A stretch of 64,000 nt of DNA from a virus. Its lineage: Duplodnaviria > Caudoviricetes. Below the pieces are notes generated by a model, which saw only the letters and a list, made by a program, of their open reading frames with translations, was not told the DNA's origin and searched no databases. The stretch covers positions 16,033 to 80,032 of IMG/VR virus record IMGVR_UViG_2645728093_000001. One strand, written 5' to 3'. Position 1 is the first letter of the stretch. Each line of letters begins with the position of its first letter. Below, piece by piece: positions 18,025-27,429 of this stretch. The position numbers and the translations under genes are program-made.

Positions 18025-18072
18025 GCGCCGCTGGTGGCAGCAGGACTAGTCCGACAATCAGAGCCAGGCGCC

Positions 18073-18414
18073 TCATGCCTCTTCCTCGTCGATGTCGGCC
18101 GGCATCTGCCGAAGCTTCTGATATGGGAAGGCTCCGAGCTCGGGATGTAGCCGGTCCTCCTCGATCATCGCCGCGGCAGCCATTCGCGCCGTTCCCTTCG
18201 CCTCCGGGAGCGTCATCAACGTCAGCGCGATCGGCACCCAGGTCGGAATGTCCTGAAGCTTCCCGTCCGCTCCGCTCCGGCCCCATCGGTTCACGGTGAC
18301 AAGATTCTGGCACCATATCCTGGCGAAGGCTTTCCGTGTCAGGCCCTGCCGCTCAAGCTCGCGATCGAAATCCTCGCAGGCGATCTTCTTGTGTCTGAAG
18401 CGTGGCGGGGCCAT
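18073..18414 (-). CDS. HTH-like DNA-binding protein
   Basis: LERQGLTRKAFARIWCQNLVTVNRWG...IPTWV; AAGGAGG SD and variant motif A upstream. Confidence 0.65.
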   Translation of the reverse strand: MAPPRFRHKKIACEDFDRELERQGLTRKAFARIWCQNLVTVNRWGRSGADGKLQDIPTWVPIALTLMTLPEAKGTARMAAAAMIEEDRLHPELGAFPYQKLRQMPADIDEEEA

Positions 18415-18536
18415 CACGGTCCTCCTTTTCGGTTGGGCACAGTCGCCCGAAATCGGCCGTAGCCGAGGGTATGGCGGATAGGTGGAGCGGAGTCGAGTCC
18501 GCGCCGGGCCGGCAAAATCGGCCGTAGCCGAGGGGG

Positions 18537-18902
18537 TCAAAGCCCCTTGAGCGGTGACACGAAGGACTTACCGTCCATCGCGATGGTCGAGATCTCGCCG
18601 GGCCCTTCGATCATGCGCAGCCATTCCCCCTCGGATCCGGTGAAGCCTGGCCCGGCCTCGACGTGGTGCGCGGCCAGCCACTTCGCGAGATCGCGCGCCG
18701 AGGCGCAGGGCGGGGAAAGCGGCGTGCCGGCGGTCGTCGTCTCGTAAAGCTGCCAGTGCGTGCAGGCCTCCGCCGGCCAGGCGGGCATCCGCTGATCGGT
18801 TGCCCGCGCCAGCGCGTCGTCCGCCTTGCGCAAGGGGATGTAACGCCGGCCGTTCTTGGGGTGCTGCCAGTCTGCCGGCACTCGCCTAACCTGCCTGCCC
18901 AT
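18537..18902 (-). CDS. Hypothetical phage protein
   Basis: MGRQVRRVPADWQHPK...WQLYETTTAGTPLSP. Confidence 0.7.
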   Translation of the reverse strand: MGRQVRRVPADWQHPKNGRRYIPLRKADDALARATDQRMPAWPAEACTHWQLYETTTAGTPLSPPCASARDLAKWLAAHHVEAGPGFTGSEGEWLRMIEGPGEISTIAMDGKSFVSPLKGL

Positions 18903-19180
18903 CAGAATAACGCCCCCTGGGCGGGTGGCGGCTCTGCAGCGGCAGCCAGGCGGCCGAGATGCTCGACCGTCTCGGCGATGATCCGCTCGCGGTCGTCGTC
19001 GACCAGCAGCCAACCATCATCACTGCCGGCGGGATCGTAAACCACGAAGTTGCCGCCCCATTTCGCATGCACGCCTTCGGCAACCCGGCGGACGAATGGC
19101 GGGACGTCTGTAACCGCTTTGAAGTCGGCCCAAGACGCGATTTTGTAGCCGGCCGTGGCGATGATCTCCTCGGCGGTCAT
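18902..19180 (-). CDS. Hypothetical protein
   Basis: Coupled to both neighbours; GGAGG SD. Confidence 0.65.
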   Translation of the reverse strand: MTAEEIIATAGYKIASWADFKAVTDVPPFVRRVAEGVHAKWGGNFVVYDPAGSDDGWLLVDDDRERIIAETVEHLGRLAAAAEPPPAQGALF

Positions 19181-19365
19181 GATCCGCCTCCCTCTGCGCG
19201 TTCGAGATTGGCCTGAAGGTCCCAGGCCTCATAGATAGCCCGTCGTGCCTCCGTGAGTTTCGCTCGCACCTCCGGCAACAGCCGCTTGTCTTCGGCATCG
19301 ACGACGCGCGCGACGGCGTCCAAAAGTCTATTGTAGACGTCCCAGTGGAATGGATGCTTCCGCAT
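19177..19365 (-). CDS. Hypothetical protein
   Basis: MRKHPFHW with GAGGAG SD. Confidence 0.6.
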   Translation of the reverse strand: MRKHPFHWDVYNRLLDAVARVVDAEDKRLLPEVRAKLTEARRAIYEAWDLQANLERAEGGGS

Positions 19366-19428
19366 GCGGGATACTCCTCTCAAAAATCAGTCGTAGGGAA
19401 GGGGTGACGAAGTAGGCGCAGCCGGGGC

Positions 19429-19806
19429 TCAAATAAACCTGCCGCAATCGATGCACCGGCCGCGTCCGTCGTCGCGGTGCCGGCACGGCTTGAACGCTTC
19501 CGCCTCTGTGTCCGACCAAGCCCGCTCGGTTTCCGTGGCGATGTCCCAGCGCCCGCAGAACGAGGCGAGGTAAGCGCGCTGCTCTTCCGTCAGTTTTTCG
19601 TCGTGCAAGTGCTCGTCGGCGCTCCCCAGGTTGAGGCCTTGCTCCTGATTCCAGCGTGCATATTCCCGGATGAGCAGATTAATCGGGCCGTCGTCATTGC
19701 CTGGCAATTGCTCCGGTGCCGGCTTGGCATTGGCGCCGCCGAGCGCTTCGATGATGCCGGCGCGCGCGCCTTCGATTGGTCCGGAAAGCTTCTTGTTGTC
19801 GGTCAT
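19429..19806 (-). CDS. Hypothetical protein with C-terminal CxH...CxxC
   Basis: AAGGAGG SD; CRHRDDGRGRCIDCG. Confidence 0.7.
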   Translation of the reverse strand: MTDNKKLSGPIEGARAGIIEALGGANAKPAPEQLPGNDDGPINLLIREYARWNQEQGLNLGSADEHLHDEKLTEEQRAYLASFCGRWDIATETERAWSDTEAEAFKPCRHRDDGRGRCIDCGRFI

Positions 19807-19865
19807 GGTCGGAATCCTCCTTTTGCAAAATTGGCCGTAGGCGAGGGGAAGGCGCAGCCGGGGGA

Positions 19866-21812
19866 TTATCCCGGCGGCCCCTCGATCACGAGCAAGGCGG
19901 TATTCACGGAGGTCCCAGCATGCTTAAACGATCCCGCCGGGAGGTCGCGCCACTCCGAGGCAATCGGCATCAGCTTGTCCCGCTGGCGCGGACCGTTGGC
20001 GCAGATCGCGACGAGCCGGCCGCCAGGTTTCAAAAATTTGCGGGCGTGCTCGATATGCTGGATGTCCGCGCCGCGCTCGAACGGCGGGTTCATGATGATG
20101 CGGTCGAACTTATCGACCGCGCCGGCCATGTCCATGAAATCAGCATTGATGATGGTCACGCCCTGCTGTGATCGGCCGAGAGTTTGCGCAACCTGGTGAT
20201 TGATCTCAATCGCCACGATGTCGAGCGACCCGGCGCCATGGACGCGCGCGGCCTCGATGAGCGCACCCGTTCCCGCGCTTGGCTCCAAGATGCGATGGCC
20301 AGGCCTGATGTCGGCCAACTCTGCAACCTCGGCCGCGAGTTCGGGCGAAGTCGGGAAGAGTTGCGGCGCAACCACGACTTGCACGCCGCCGCCTTTCAGC
20401 ATGGCCCGCATTGCCTCAAAATCAGCCGTAGGCGAGGCCGCCGGCAAATCGGCCGTAGCCGGGAGGGAGTCGAGCGCATCGACCAAGACGGGGCGCGGTG
20501 CAGGCGCAACCGGGGCCAGGGTAGCAGCTGGCTCGGCCGTTTCCTGCGGCTCGCCCATGATCTCCGAAACCAGCGAAAGCGCGGCATCGAGATCGGCGTC
20601 CGGCGTCGCGACGTTCTCGCGGACGAATTCCGCCGGGCTTTGCGGTTGGCCGTGATCCTTGCTGTCAGTCAGATAGACCGCGACCAAAGAATGCTTGACC
20701 ATAGCTGTGCGGAAGCGGTGCGACTTGTCCGCGCTCCACCGCGCGCCCTTATAGTCTTTGTTGATGCGCGCATATTCAGCCTTGGTCATATCGACTTGCG
20801 GATAGGTGGTGGTCCGGCCGCGGTCGTACATATTCGTTGTCGTGATTTCTCCGCCAGGGGCGCGATAATTCAACAACGGCGGGAGTTCGCGACGCGGTTT
20901 CGGTGCCAGCAAGCCGGACGCGCCGGCCTCATCCAACATTGCGCGTTCATAGGCCAAGCGGTTTTCAAAATGCTCAATCCAGCGATCTTGATGAGGAATC
21001 GCGCGCTCATAACCCGGGATGGCGATGGCGGCGGCTTGCGCGGCGGTTATGACGTTACCGTCAATCGCTGACCAAAGCCCCATGGGGCCTTCATACTGCG
21101 AAGCGGGCGGGTCGCGCGGATAGTCGGCGAGCGGGAATGACATTGACCAATAGCCGCCCGCATTTGCAACGGTTAGCCCGACCGCGCGCTGCTTCTCAGC
21201 ATCATTGATGCCGGCCACGATTTGCCATGCCTTGATTTGCTTTTCGGCATTAGCCTTGCTGCGCTCGACCTTGCGCTTTTCCGCCTCAATGGTCTTGATG
21301 CGACGCGCGCGCACTTCGGGGAGTTCTTTGTATTTCGCATGTGCCAGAGCGCCGGCGGCGCGCCCGGTCCAATATTGCGACGTCCGCCACATCTGCACGG
21401 CTTTGCGCATGCCGGCGTCAATCTTCTCCTTGTCGCGGCGTGCATGCTTCTCCGAATGGTGCCCGACGAGGATCGGCCGACCAAACGGGATATTGTCCGC
21501 GATCTCGGCAACGGCTTTGCGCGCGCGTTCCGCGTCGGCCATGCGCTTTTCGCTGTAGTCCTCAAAGCGCTCGGCGCGCTGCTCGGCGCGATCGACCAGG
21601 CTTGTATCCTCGTCACCGATCTCGCCGCAGAGCTCAATCAGCAAATCCTCGGCGGCCGGCGACCAGGACGGCTTGACGAAGAGTTCCTGTTTCGGTGCCC
21701 ATTTGAAGCCGAGCGCCTCGACGCGTGCATAGGTCTCGGCGTCCAAGCGCTGCGAGGCGTACAGGCGCAGCTTGTTGTCATCGGGCGAGTAAGTGGCGGA
21801 ATAGGTGGTCAT
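19866..21812 (-). CDS. DUF3560-domain protein fused to an amino-methyltransferase domain
   Basis: ATYSPDDNKLRLY...IPFGRPILVGHHSE (DUF3560-like); ILEPSAGTG SAM-binding and IMNPPF catalytic motifs. Confidence 0.85.
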   Translation of the reverse strand: MTTYSATYSPDDNKLRLYASQRLDAETYARVEALGFKWAPKQELFVKPSWSPAAEDLLIELCGEIGDEDTSLVDRAEQRAERFEDYSEKRMADAERARKAVAEIADNIPFGRPILVGHHSEKHARRDKEKIDAGMRKAVQMWRTSQYWTGRAAGALAHAKYKELPEVRARRIKTIEAEKRKVERSKANAEKQIKAWQIVAGINDAEKQRAVGLTVANAGGYWSMSFPLADYPRDPPASQYEGPMGLWSAIDGNVITAAQAAAIAIPGYERAIPHQDRWIEHFENRLAYERAMLDEAGASGLLAPKPRRELPPLLNYRAPGGEITTTNMYDRGRTTTYPQVDMTKAEYARINKDYKGARWSADKSHRFRTAMVKHSLVAVYLTDSKDHGQPQSPAEFVRENVATPDADLDAALSLVSEIMGEPQETAEPAATLAPVAPAPRPVLVDALDSLPATADLPAASPTADFEAMRAMLKGGGVQVVVAPQLFPTSPELAAEVAELADIRPGHRILEPSAGTGALIEAARVHGAGSLDIVAIEINHQVAQTLGRSQQGVTIINADFMDMAGAVDKFDRIIMNPPFERGADIQHIEHARKFLKPGGRLVAICANGPRQRDKLMPIASEWRDLPAGSFKHAGTSVNTALLVIEGPPG

Positions 21813-21916
21813 GCTCGAAAGCTCCTTTCAGATTGCGCACAATCGCGCGGGGATGCGGTTCATAGGGGGCCCGCTGAATCTCGTCAACGGGAAAATCAGT
21901 CGTAGCCGAGGGGAAA

Positions 21917-22099
21917 TCAATCGTAGCCGGGAGGGCGCAACTCCGGGTGCACTCGGTAGAGCATCGCATAGGCGGCATCGCGCGACCGGTGCGCGGAAGT
22001 ACCGAGCTTGGTGATACTGAGCCAGTCGCCGGCCCATCGCCCGGGGACTTCACTGGCGAGACAGACGCGCGGTTTGTTGGCCTTGCTTTTCTTTGCCAT
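21917..22099 (-). CDS. Hypothetical protein
   Basis: MAKKSKANKP ORF ending in motif B. Confidence 0.45.
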   Translation of the reverse strand: MAKKSKANKPRVCLASEVPGRWAGDWLSITKLGTSAHRSRDAAYAMLYRVHPELRPPGYD

Positions 22100-22218
22100 G
22101 TGATCAGGCCTGGATTTCGTGGCTTTCGATGATGCAGGCACCATCGAAGGATTCTTCCCAAAGGGCGGAGATAGCCTCAGCGCCCAACGTGTCGAGATTG
22201 TCGGGCATCGGCTTAGCC

Positions 22219-22932
22219 TTATAGCCAGTCCGCAGCCTCGCGCGCGGCGGCGAGCGCTTTGGCTTCCGTCGCAAAGGCCTCCGTGCCAATCCCCATGTTG
22301 TCGCCGTCGGTTGTCAGCGTCCAAACCGTCACGCCGGAAGGCGCAACCGAGGGGGCCGCGGCGCCAGGCGGGAGCAAAGCGGCATACGCCTTGATCGCGC
22401 TCGCGACGGCATCCGCGGCGCGCGCCAATGCCTCGTTTTGCGTGCCGTCGTCGGTCGTCATTTCCGCCCGCATGGCGTCGCGGTGCGTCTCGGCGATGGA
22501 TTCCCATGAAGGCGCAGCCGGGGGAGTGTGCGCCTTGAGACGATCCGCGAGCGCTTCCCAGCGCGGAATCCATGCGCCGTCTGCAGCCGCGCGCGCGTGG
22601 CGGAGGCTGGATTCTACCGCCATCAACAAATGCTGACGTTCCGGCTCGGTGAGCGGCGAAGCGGCATCGGGCGCCGGCATGGGCCGCAGTGCCTCGCCTT
22701 CAAGGCTGATAGAGTCCTCCGGCCATTCCGTGCCGTCATGAGCGACGAAAAGCGATTTCCCGCGCGCGTCCGTCGTTGTGTGCTGGCCGTCCCAGCACAC
22801 TTTGGTTTCGTCCATGTGGTTGAATTCGAGCGACCCGTCAGGATTTCGGCCTGTGATCTCGCACCAGGCGTTGCCGGGGATGAGATCGGCGGTTGCAACG
22901 ATCTCGCTGCCGGTCGGTGAAAATGCTTTCAT
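22219..22932 (-). CDS. Hypothetical protein (possibly frameshifted, continuing to 22104)
   Basis: Motif A and GAAAGGA SD before MKAFSPTG. Confidence 0.7.
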   Translation of the reverse strand: MKAFSPTGSEIVATADLIPGNAWCEITGRNPDGSLEFNHMDETKVCWDGQHTTTDARGKSLFVAHDGTEWPEDSISLEGEALRPMPAPDAASPLTEPERQHLLMAVESSLRHARAAADGAWIPRWEALADRLKAHTPPAAPSWESIAETHRDAMRAEMTTDDGTQNEALARAADAVASAIKAYAALLPPGAAAPSVAPSGVTVWTLTTDGDNMGIGTEAFATEAKALAAAREAADWL

Positions 22933-23034
22933 GATGTTTCGTCCTTTCGCTTTGCGCACTATCGCGCGTCGGGAAATCAGCTGCAGCCGGGGCTGCGGGT
23001 CATCAACGGGAAATCGGCCGTAGCCGAGGGGCGG

Positions 23035-23313
23035 CTAGAGATTCACCTCGTGAAAGCCGGACGCGCCAGGAAGCTTTTTGAAACCAGGCGGGGAGCGATC
23101 GCGGCGGCCGATCCGCATTGACACAACGGCCGGCTTTCCGGTTGCCGCGACGTCGGCGCGGTAAGTCTCGAATTCGCGCGCGGCGTCCGCGGCGCGCTGT
23201 ATTTCGACGGTGCGGCCGGGGAACGGCAGCGCGTCGCCGGACAAGCAAAGATGAACCGAAACGAAAGCGCCGTTACGCTCGGCCGGATAGCTGCTCAGGA
23301 TCAATTTAGCCAT
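23035..23313 (-). CDS. Hypothetical protein
   Basis: Motif A and GAAAGGAG SD before MAKLILSSY. Confidence 0.75.
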   Translation of the reverse strand: MAKLILSSYPAERNGAFVSVHLCLSGDALPFPGRTVEIQRAADAAREFETYRADVAATGKPAVVSMRIGRRDRSPPGFKKLPGASGFHEVNL

Positions 23314-23397
23314 TGGGTTAGCTCCTTTCATGGTGCGCACGATTGCGCGTGAAATCGGCCGTAGCCGAGGGGTTGAGGAAATCAGACGTAGCCGGGA

Positions 23398-23811
23398 CTA
23401 GGCCGCCGCGGCGCGCTCCGCCGGCAACTCTTTGGTTTGCGCGACGTCGAAAACCGGGACCATGACGAAACGGACGGTTGGCGCCTCGGCCGCCTCCGCC
23501 GCGCCGGCTTCATTGCTCGGCGCCGAGGCCTCGGCCTTCCGCGCGCCAGTCGGCGCAAAGATGTAAAGCGCGCTTTGACCTTCCTGGACAACGCGACCGG
23601 CCGCAATCCATTGCTGGAAGCCGCCGACCATGGTTGCGGTCTGGCATTGCAGCGCGGCCAAAAGTTGATTGTTGCCGGACAACGCGCTGCCGTCGATTGT
23701 CAGGATCGGGACGCGCGCCAGCCATTGCGCCTTTTGTTCATCCGTCATGTTGGCAATCTGTTGCGCCAACTGGCGCGCCTTTTCTTTGTTCGGGTTCTCT
23801 TTCTTCCGCAT
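23398..23811 (-). CDS. ArdC-like N-terminal ssDNA-binding (antirestriction-associated) domain protein
   Basis: LSGNNQLL..LQ...ATMVGGFQQWIAAGRVVQEGQSALYIFAP...FVMVPVFDVAQT. Confidence 0.75.
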   Translation of the reverse strand: MRKKENPNKEKARQLAQQIANMTDEQKAQWLARVPILTIDGSALSGNNQLLAALQCQTATMVGGFQQWIAAGRVVQEGQSALYIFAPTGARKAEASAPSNEAGAAEAAEAPTVRFVMVPVFDVAQTKELPAERAAAA

Positions 23812-23866
23812 GTCGTTTGCTCCTTTCGATTTGCGCACAATCGCGCGATGGAAACGGCCGCGCCGA

Positions 23867-24064
23867 TTACTTCCAGGCCTTTGCGATGCGAAGTCCGCCG
23901 CCGTCGATAACGTCGCGGGGTTCAAGGCTGGCCAATCCCTCGGCCTCGAATTCGCGCGCCGCGGTTTCAAACCTATGGCCAGGGTAAAGCAAGACTCCGC
24001 CCGGCGCGGCTTGCTTCAATGCGCCAAACAACGCGTTACGTTCTTTAATCGAGGCCTTCCGCAT
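23867..24064 (-). CDS. Hypothetical protein
   Basis: GGAAGGA SD directly after a motif B pair. Confidence 0.6.
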   Translation of the reverse strand: MRKASIKERNALFGALKQAAPGGVLLYPGHRFETAAREFEAEGLASLEPRDVIDGGGLRIAKAWK

Positions 24065-24126
24065 TTCTTATCCTTCCGAAATTGGCCGTAGCCGAGGGGG
24101 ACGCAAAATCAGCCGTAGCCGAGGGG

Positions 24127-25188
24127 TTAGGCCGAGGCGCCAAATCGAGGCGCAACCGGGAGGCGCGCGATCGGCGCGCCGAGCGATGTTGACGCGAGAA
24201 AGCGCGCGGCCAGGCGAGGCGCCGCGGAACGCGCGGCCGGCGCGACGTCCGCCGCGGCCGGTTGCTCGGCCCGCGCCTCGGCCGCCGTTACCAGCCGGAG
24301 GCGCGGCGCCTCGGCCTCGGCCGCCGCAATCCGCGCGCGGCGCCTTTCGAGATAGGCCGCGACCCGCGCGGCCTTTGCCTCGGCCTTTGCGGCCGCCTCG
24401 GCTTGCCGGCGCGCCTCGGCCTCGGCTTTATCGATGGCACGGCGCCGCGCGCCAATCTCAAAATTGCACATGCCGGAAAGCCGGAGGCGGCAATCCTCAA
24501 CCGTTGCCGCCAGCTCGGCCGCGGGGGTTTCATCTGCGCCGGATTGCTCGGCCTCGGCCATCGCGATTCGGTAATGAACCCGCCAGAATTCGGCGCGCGT
24601 TACGGCACCGTCCGGCGCCTTCTCAGGTATTGCCTCGGCCTCGGCCGCAAGCGCGGTTGCGTCGAATGTGCCGCGGCGCGCCTCGGCCGTCCGTTCGCTG
24701 CAATCGGTAGCGTCGAATTCGGCGCCGTTGTCGCACGCGATGGAAGCGATTGCAGGGATTGTGACGATATCGGAATCAGCGGAAAAGGCGCCGGCCGTCC
24801 GAGCAATGCGCGCGCGGTAATAAGCGAAAGCAATCCGGAGGCCTCGGCCAATGTTTAGCGGCTTGCCAGGCAATGAAACGGCCGGCGCGCGGACAACGGC
24901 GCCGCATGCGAACGTGACAGTAAGCACGGGCGATTTACCAAGCCGCCGGCCGTTCGCGGATTGCGGAATGGCATAATCGGCCCATGGTGCGAAACGGCTT
25001 TCCGGCGCCTCGGCCGAGGCTTTGGGCGCGGCTTTGGTGGCAGGGATAGCCAATCGCAGCAAATCCGCAACGGCGCGCCAGTTAGCCGCGCCAGGATCCT
25101 GACAAGCATTGTCATAGGCGAGAATGGCCAGGCCTTTACGTTCGGAGGCTTTCGCCGCGCGCGCGGCCGTCAAATCAATCTGATGCAT
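24127..25188 (-). CDS. Ala/Arg-rich hypothetical protein with coiled-coil C-terminal part
   Basis: Motif A and GAAAGGA SD before MHQIDLTAA. Confidence 0.7.
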   Translation of the reverse strand: MHQIDLTAARAAKASERKGLAILAYDNACQDPGAANWRAVADLLRLAIPATKAAPKASAEAPESRFAPWADYAIPQSANGRRLGKSPVLTVTFACGAVVRAPAVSLPGKPLNIGRGLRIAFAYYRARIARTAGAFSADSDIVTIPAIASIACDNGAEFDATDCSERTAEARRGTFDATALAAEAEAIPEKAPDGAVTRAEFWRVHYRIAMAEAEQSGADETPAAELAATVEDCRLRLSGMCNFEIGARRRAIDKAEAEARRQAEAAAKAEAKAARVAAYLERRRARIAAAEAEAPRLRLVTAAEARAEQPAAADVAPAARSAAPRLAARFLASTSLGAPIARLPVAPRFGASA

Positions 25189-25255
25189 GGGAAACGTTCC
25201 TTTCGAGTTGCGCACAATCGCGCCGGTTGGATTGCTCGGCCGAGGCCGAGGCGGA

Positions 25256-25555
25256 TTAGCTCTGTAGTTTGGCCAGGCGCCGCGCGTCGATTGCGGCGCG
25301 AATCTCTTTCTTGAACCGGCCGGCATATTGGCCATGAAACGTGCGGGACGTTGCTACCGCGCGATCTAGCGCAAGCTTTGCGGTCCGGTAGCGCGGCGCG
25401 AATTTGATAGCATCGGGGGTCAATCCCATTGCACCGCGCGCGGGAATTCCGAGCTCGGCCGCCAATGTGTCCCGGATTGCGTCATGGCATGCCGTTGCGT
25501 CGCGCAAGGCTTGCTCTAGTGTGGCCGAGGCGGCTTGATACTCTGCAAACGTCAT
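25256..25555 (-). CDS. Hypothetical protein
   Basis: GAGGGG SD; RGAMGLTPDAIKF. Confidence 0.7.
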   Translation of the reverse strand: MTFAEYQAASATLEQALRDATACHDAIRDTLAAELGIPARGAMGLTPDAIKFAPRYRTAKLALDRAVATSRTFHGQYAGRFKKEIRAAIDARRLAKLQS

Positions 25556-25569
25556 TGCCTGGTTTCCCC

Positions 25570-25908
25570 TCAATAGCCGGCCGCCTCGGCCGCATAATCC
25601 CGCTGGCCAGTTTCGCCCGGTTGCCAATCGGGAAACCGCGCGCCGTTTTCCGTATCGTCATAACCGGCCGCCAATCGGTCCGCGGGACAATGGCAGCTGC
25701 CATGCTGGGTTAGCCGGCCGTCACAATCGGCGCCGTCTTTGCACCAATCGTTGACAACGGTCCGCCCGTCGAATGAAAACGCATTGCTTTCGCGGTGCCA
25801 TCCTTCGTCCGTGCGGCCGCCGTGCGAATGGTGCAAGGTCTGGCCGGACCGAATCTTGATCTTGACCAATCCAGACTTGTGATAATGCCAGAAGCGCGCG
25901 GTTTGCAT
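25570..25908 (-). CDS. Hypothetical protein
   Basis: GAAAGGA SD; TDEGW...DCDGR...QRDYAAEAAGY. Confidence 0.75.
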   Translation of the reverse strand: MQTARFWHYHKSGLVKIKIRSGQTLHHSHGGRTDEGWHRESNAFSFDGRTVVNDWCKDGADCDGRLTQHGSCHCPADRLAAGYDDTENGARFPDWQPGETGQRDYAAEAAGY

Positions 25909-25922
25909 GCGGCGGTATCCTT

Positions 25923-26264
25923 TCAAGGTAATGCGTTGAAATTGGTCCGATAGGTCGCGGCTTCCAAGACGCAACGTCGCGCGGCTTCCAGATTGATAAC
26001 GCGCCCCATGGGATAGCGTTGCGCGGTCCGCCTATATTCCGCCGCCCATGCCAAAGCGTCCACCGCCAACGCGCGCCTAGGCCGCTCAGAAAGGCGAGAT
26101 GTACGGAGGTAGTAGCGCGGCATGCGGCCGGGCGGACGTTCTGCCGTAATGATAAAGCGGACTCCGCCCGCAACGAAGTCGCGGCCGATTCCGTACTGTT
26201 GAACGGCCGCGCGGGTTTCCGCTCGCAAGCCTTGCATCAGTTTCCGATAAGCCGCGCGATTCAT
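25923..26264 (-). CDS. Hypothetical protein
   Basis: ATGA-coupled to upstream ORF. Confidence 0.6.
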   Translation of the reverse strand: MNRAAYRKLMQGLRAETRAAVQQYGIGRDFVAGGVRFIITAERPPGRMPRYYLRTSRLSERPRRALAVDALAWAAEYRRTAQRYPMGRVINLEAARRCVLEAATYRTNFNALP

Positions 26265-26659
26265 GCCGCTTGCTCCATTTCGCAAACCGGAGTCCAACCC
26301 GTGGCCACGTCATAAGAGGCCGCGCGCGCGATCATGGGCGGCCGGCGCAATTCATCGTCCGCCGCAATTATGCCGTAGCGTTCCGGCGCCGCGTCAAGTT
26401 TGGCCATTTGCGCCATGTGCTCGGCCGCGCGCCAGGCATTGAAGGCCGCGACGATATCAGCCGGCAATGGATCAATGCTGCGCACAAGCATTCCGATTCC
26501 CGTCCGCATGGCGCGGCGGACGTCGTCACCGTTCGCAATCGACAGCTCATAATCCGAGACGCTGTGACGGATTGAGGCCTCAAAGGTTTCGGTCGCGGTT
26601 GTGACGCGATAGTAAACCGTTCCCATGAATGAGCATTGCCATTTGAAACGTGGAGTCAT
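26261..26659 (-). CDS. Hypothetical protein
   Basis: Motif A and GAAAGG SD. Confidence 0.7.
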   Translation of the reverse strand: MTPRFKWQCSFMGTVYYRVTTATETFEASIRHSVSDYELSIANGDDVRRAMRTGIGMLVRSIDPLPADIVAAFNAWRAAEHMAQMAKLDAAPERYGIIAADDELRRPPMIARAASYDVATGWTPVCEMEQAA

Positions 26660-26696
26660 GGTCTAGCCTTTCGAGTTGCGCACAATCGCGCGGGTT

Positions 26697-26939
26697 CTAT
26701 TCGGAAAAATACGGTTTGCGGTCCCCAGCCTTGCGCGCCTCGGCCTTCGTTCTATTGTCAAGCCTTCCTTCGCACGCGCAAAGATGCATTAGGCAAGCGC
26801 CGAGTTCCGACGCGGCGTCACCGTAGTTAAGCCCGCGCTTTATTTGCTTTCCATACTGGACCGTGAATTGGTCGAATCCGGTTTGGATCAATCGAACGGG
26901 GAAGCCGGAGGAAAGCTCTTCAAAGCAAACATTTCGCAT
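26697..26939 (-). CDS. Hypothetical protein
   Basis: GGAGG SD; FTVQYGKQ...LNYGDAASELGAC. Confidence 0.7.
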   Translation of the reverse strand: MRNVCFEELSSGFPVRLIQTGFDQFTVQYGKQIKRGLNYGDAASELGACLMHLCACEGRLDNRTKAEARKAGDRKPYFSE

Positions 26940-26942
26940 GCT

Positions 26943-27140
26943 TTAGCCTCCCGTTGCTTCGTCAAAGCGCGCGGCTTCAAAATCGCGGCTAGCTTGCTCG
27001 GCCTCGGCGCCGGTCAACATGGCGCGGGAGGTAGGATAGTAGAAAACGCGCGTTCCCTTTGGGATGAAAACCCCTTTCCTATCACTGCCGGGATATTTGG
27101 TAATGATCCATCGCGGATCGCCGCCGACATGCTTTCGCAT
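26943..27140 (-). CDS. Hypothetical protein
   Basis: Motif A and GAAAGGA SD; GDPRWIITKY. Confidence 0.7.
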   Translation of the reverse strand: MRKHVGGDPRWIITKYPGSDRKGVFIPKGTRVFYYPTSRAMLTGAEAEQASRDFEAARFDEATGG

Positions 27141-27231
27141 TAGGTTTCCTTTCGAGTTGCGCACAATCGCGCGTTTGGTCCGCCGTGGCGTTCCGTTGTA
27201 CGGCGCAACGCGGCGCCCCACCGTCGGAACG

Positions 27232-27336
27232 TCAAAGGCAAGAATTCAGAAATGCACGCTTGCCGCTACGTGCGACCAATCGGCGAGTCCGCTTATCGTT
27301 CGGCTTGCGGTCAGTCTCATGACGGGCATAACGCAT
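27232..27336 (-). CDS. 34-aa basic peptide
   Basis: Motif A and GAAAGGA SD before MRYARHET. Confidence 0.6.
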   Translation of the reverse strand: MRYARHETDRKPNDKRTRRLVARSGKRAFLNSCL

Positions 27337-27429
27337 AGTCGTTTCCTTTCGTGGTTGCGCACAATTGCGCGGTTTCGGCGGTTTGCCGGCTAAGCCGAGG
27401 CGCTGCGGCCTCGGCTTAAACTGCAAACC

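Larger units (their letters stand above)
17768..24126 (-). repeat. Dispersed repeat family B, CCCCTCGGCTACGGCCGATTT(T) on the minus strand
   Basis: Copies starting near 17768, 18450, 18514, 19382, 19827, 20418, 20446, 21892, 21914, 22974, 23011, 23352, 23379, 24079, 24105, plus partial copies near 17745, 17799, 19412, 19849, 22509; all co-oriented. Confidence 0.92.
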
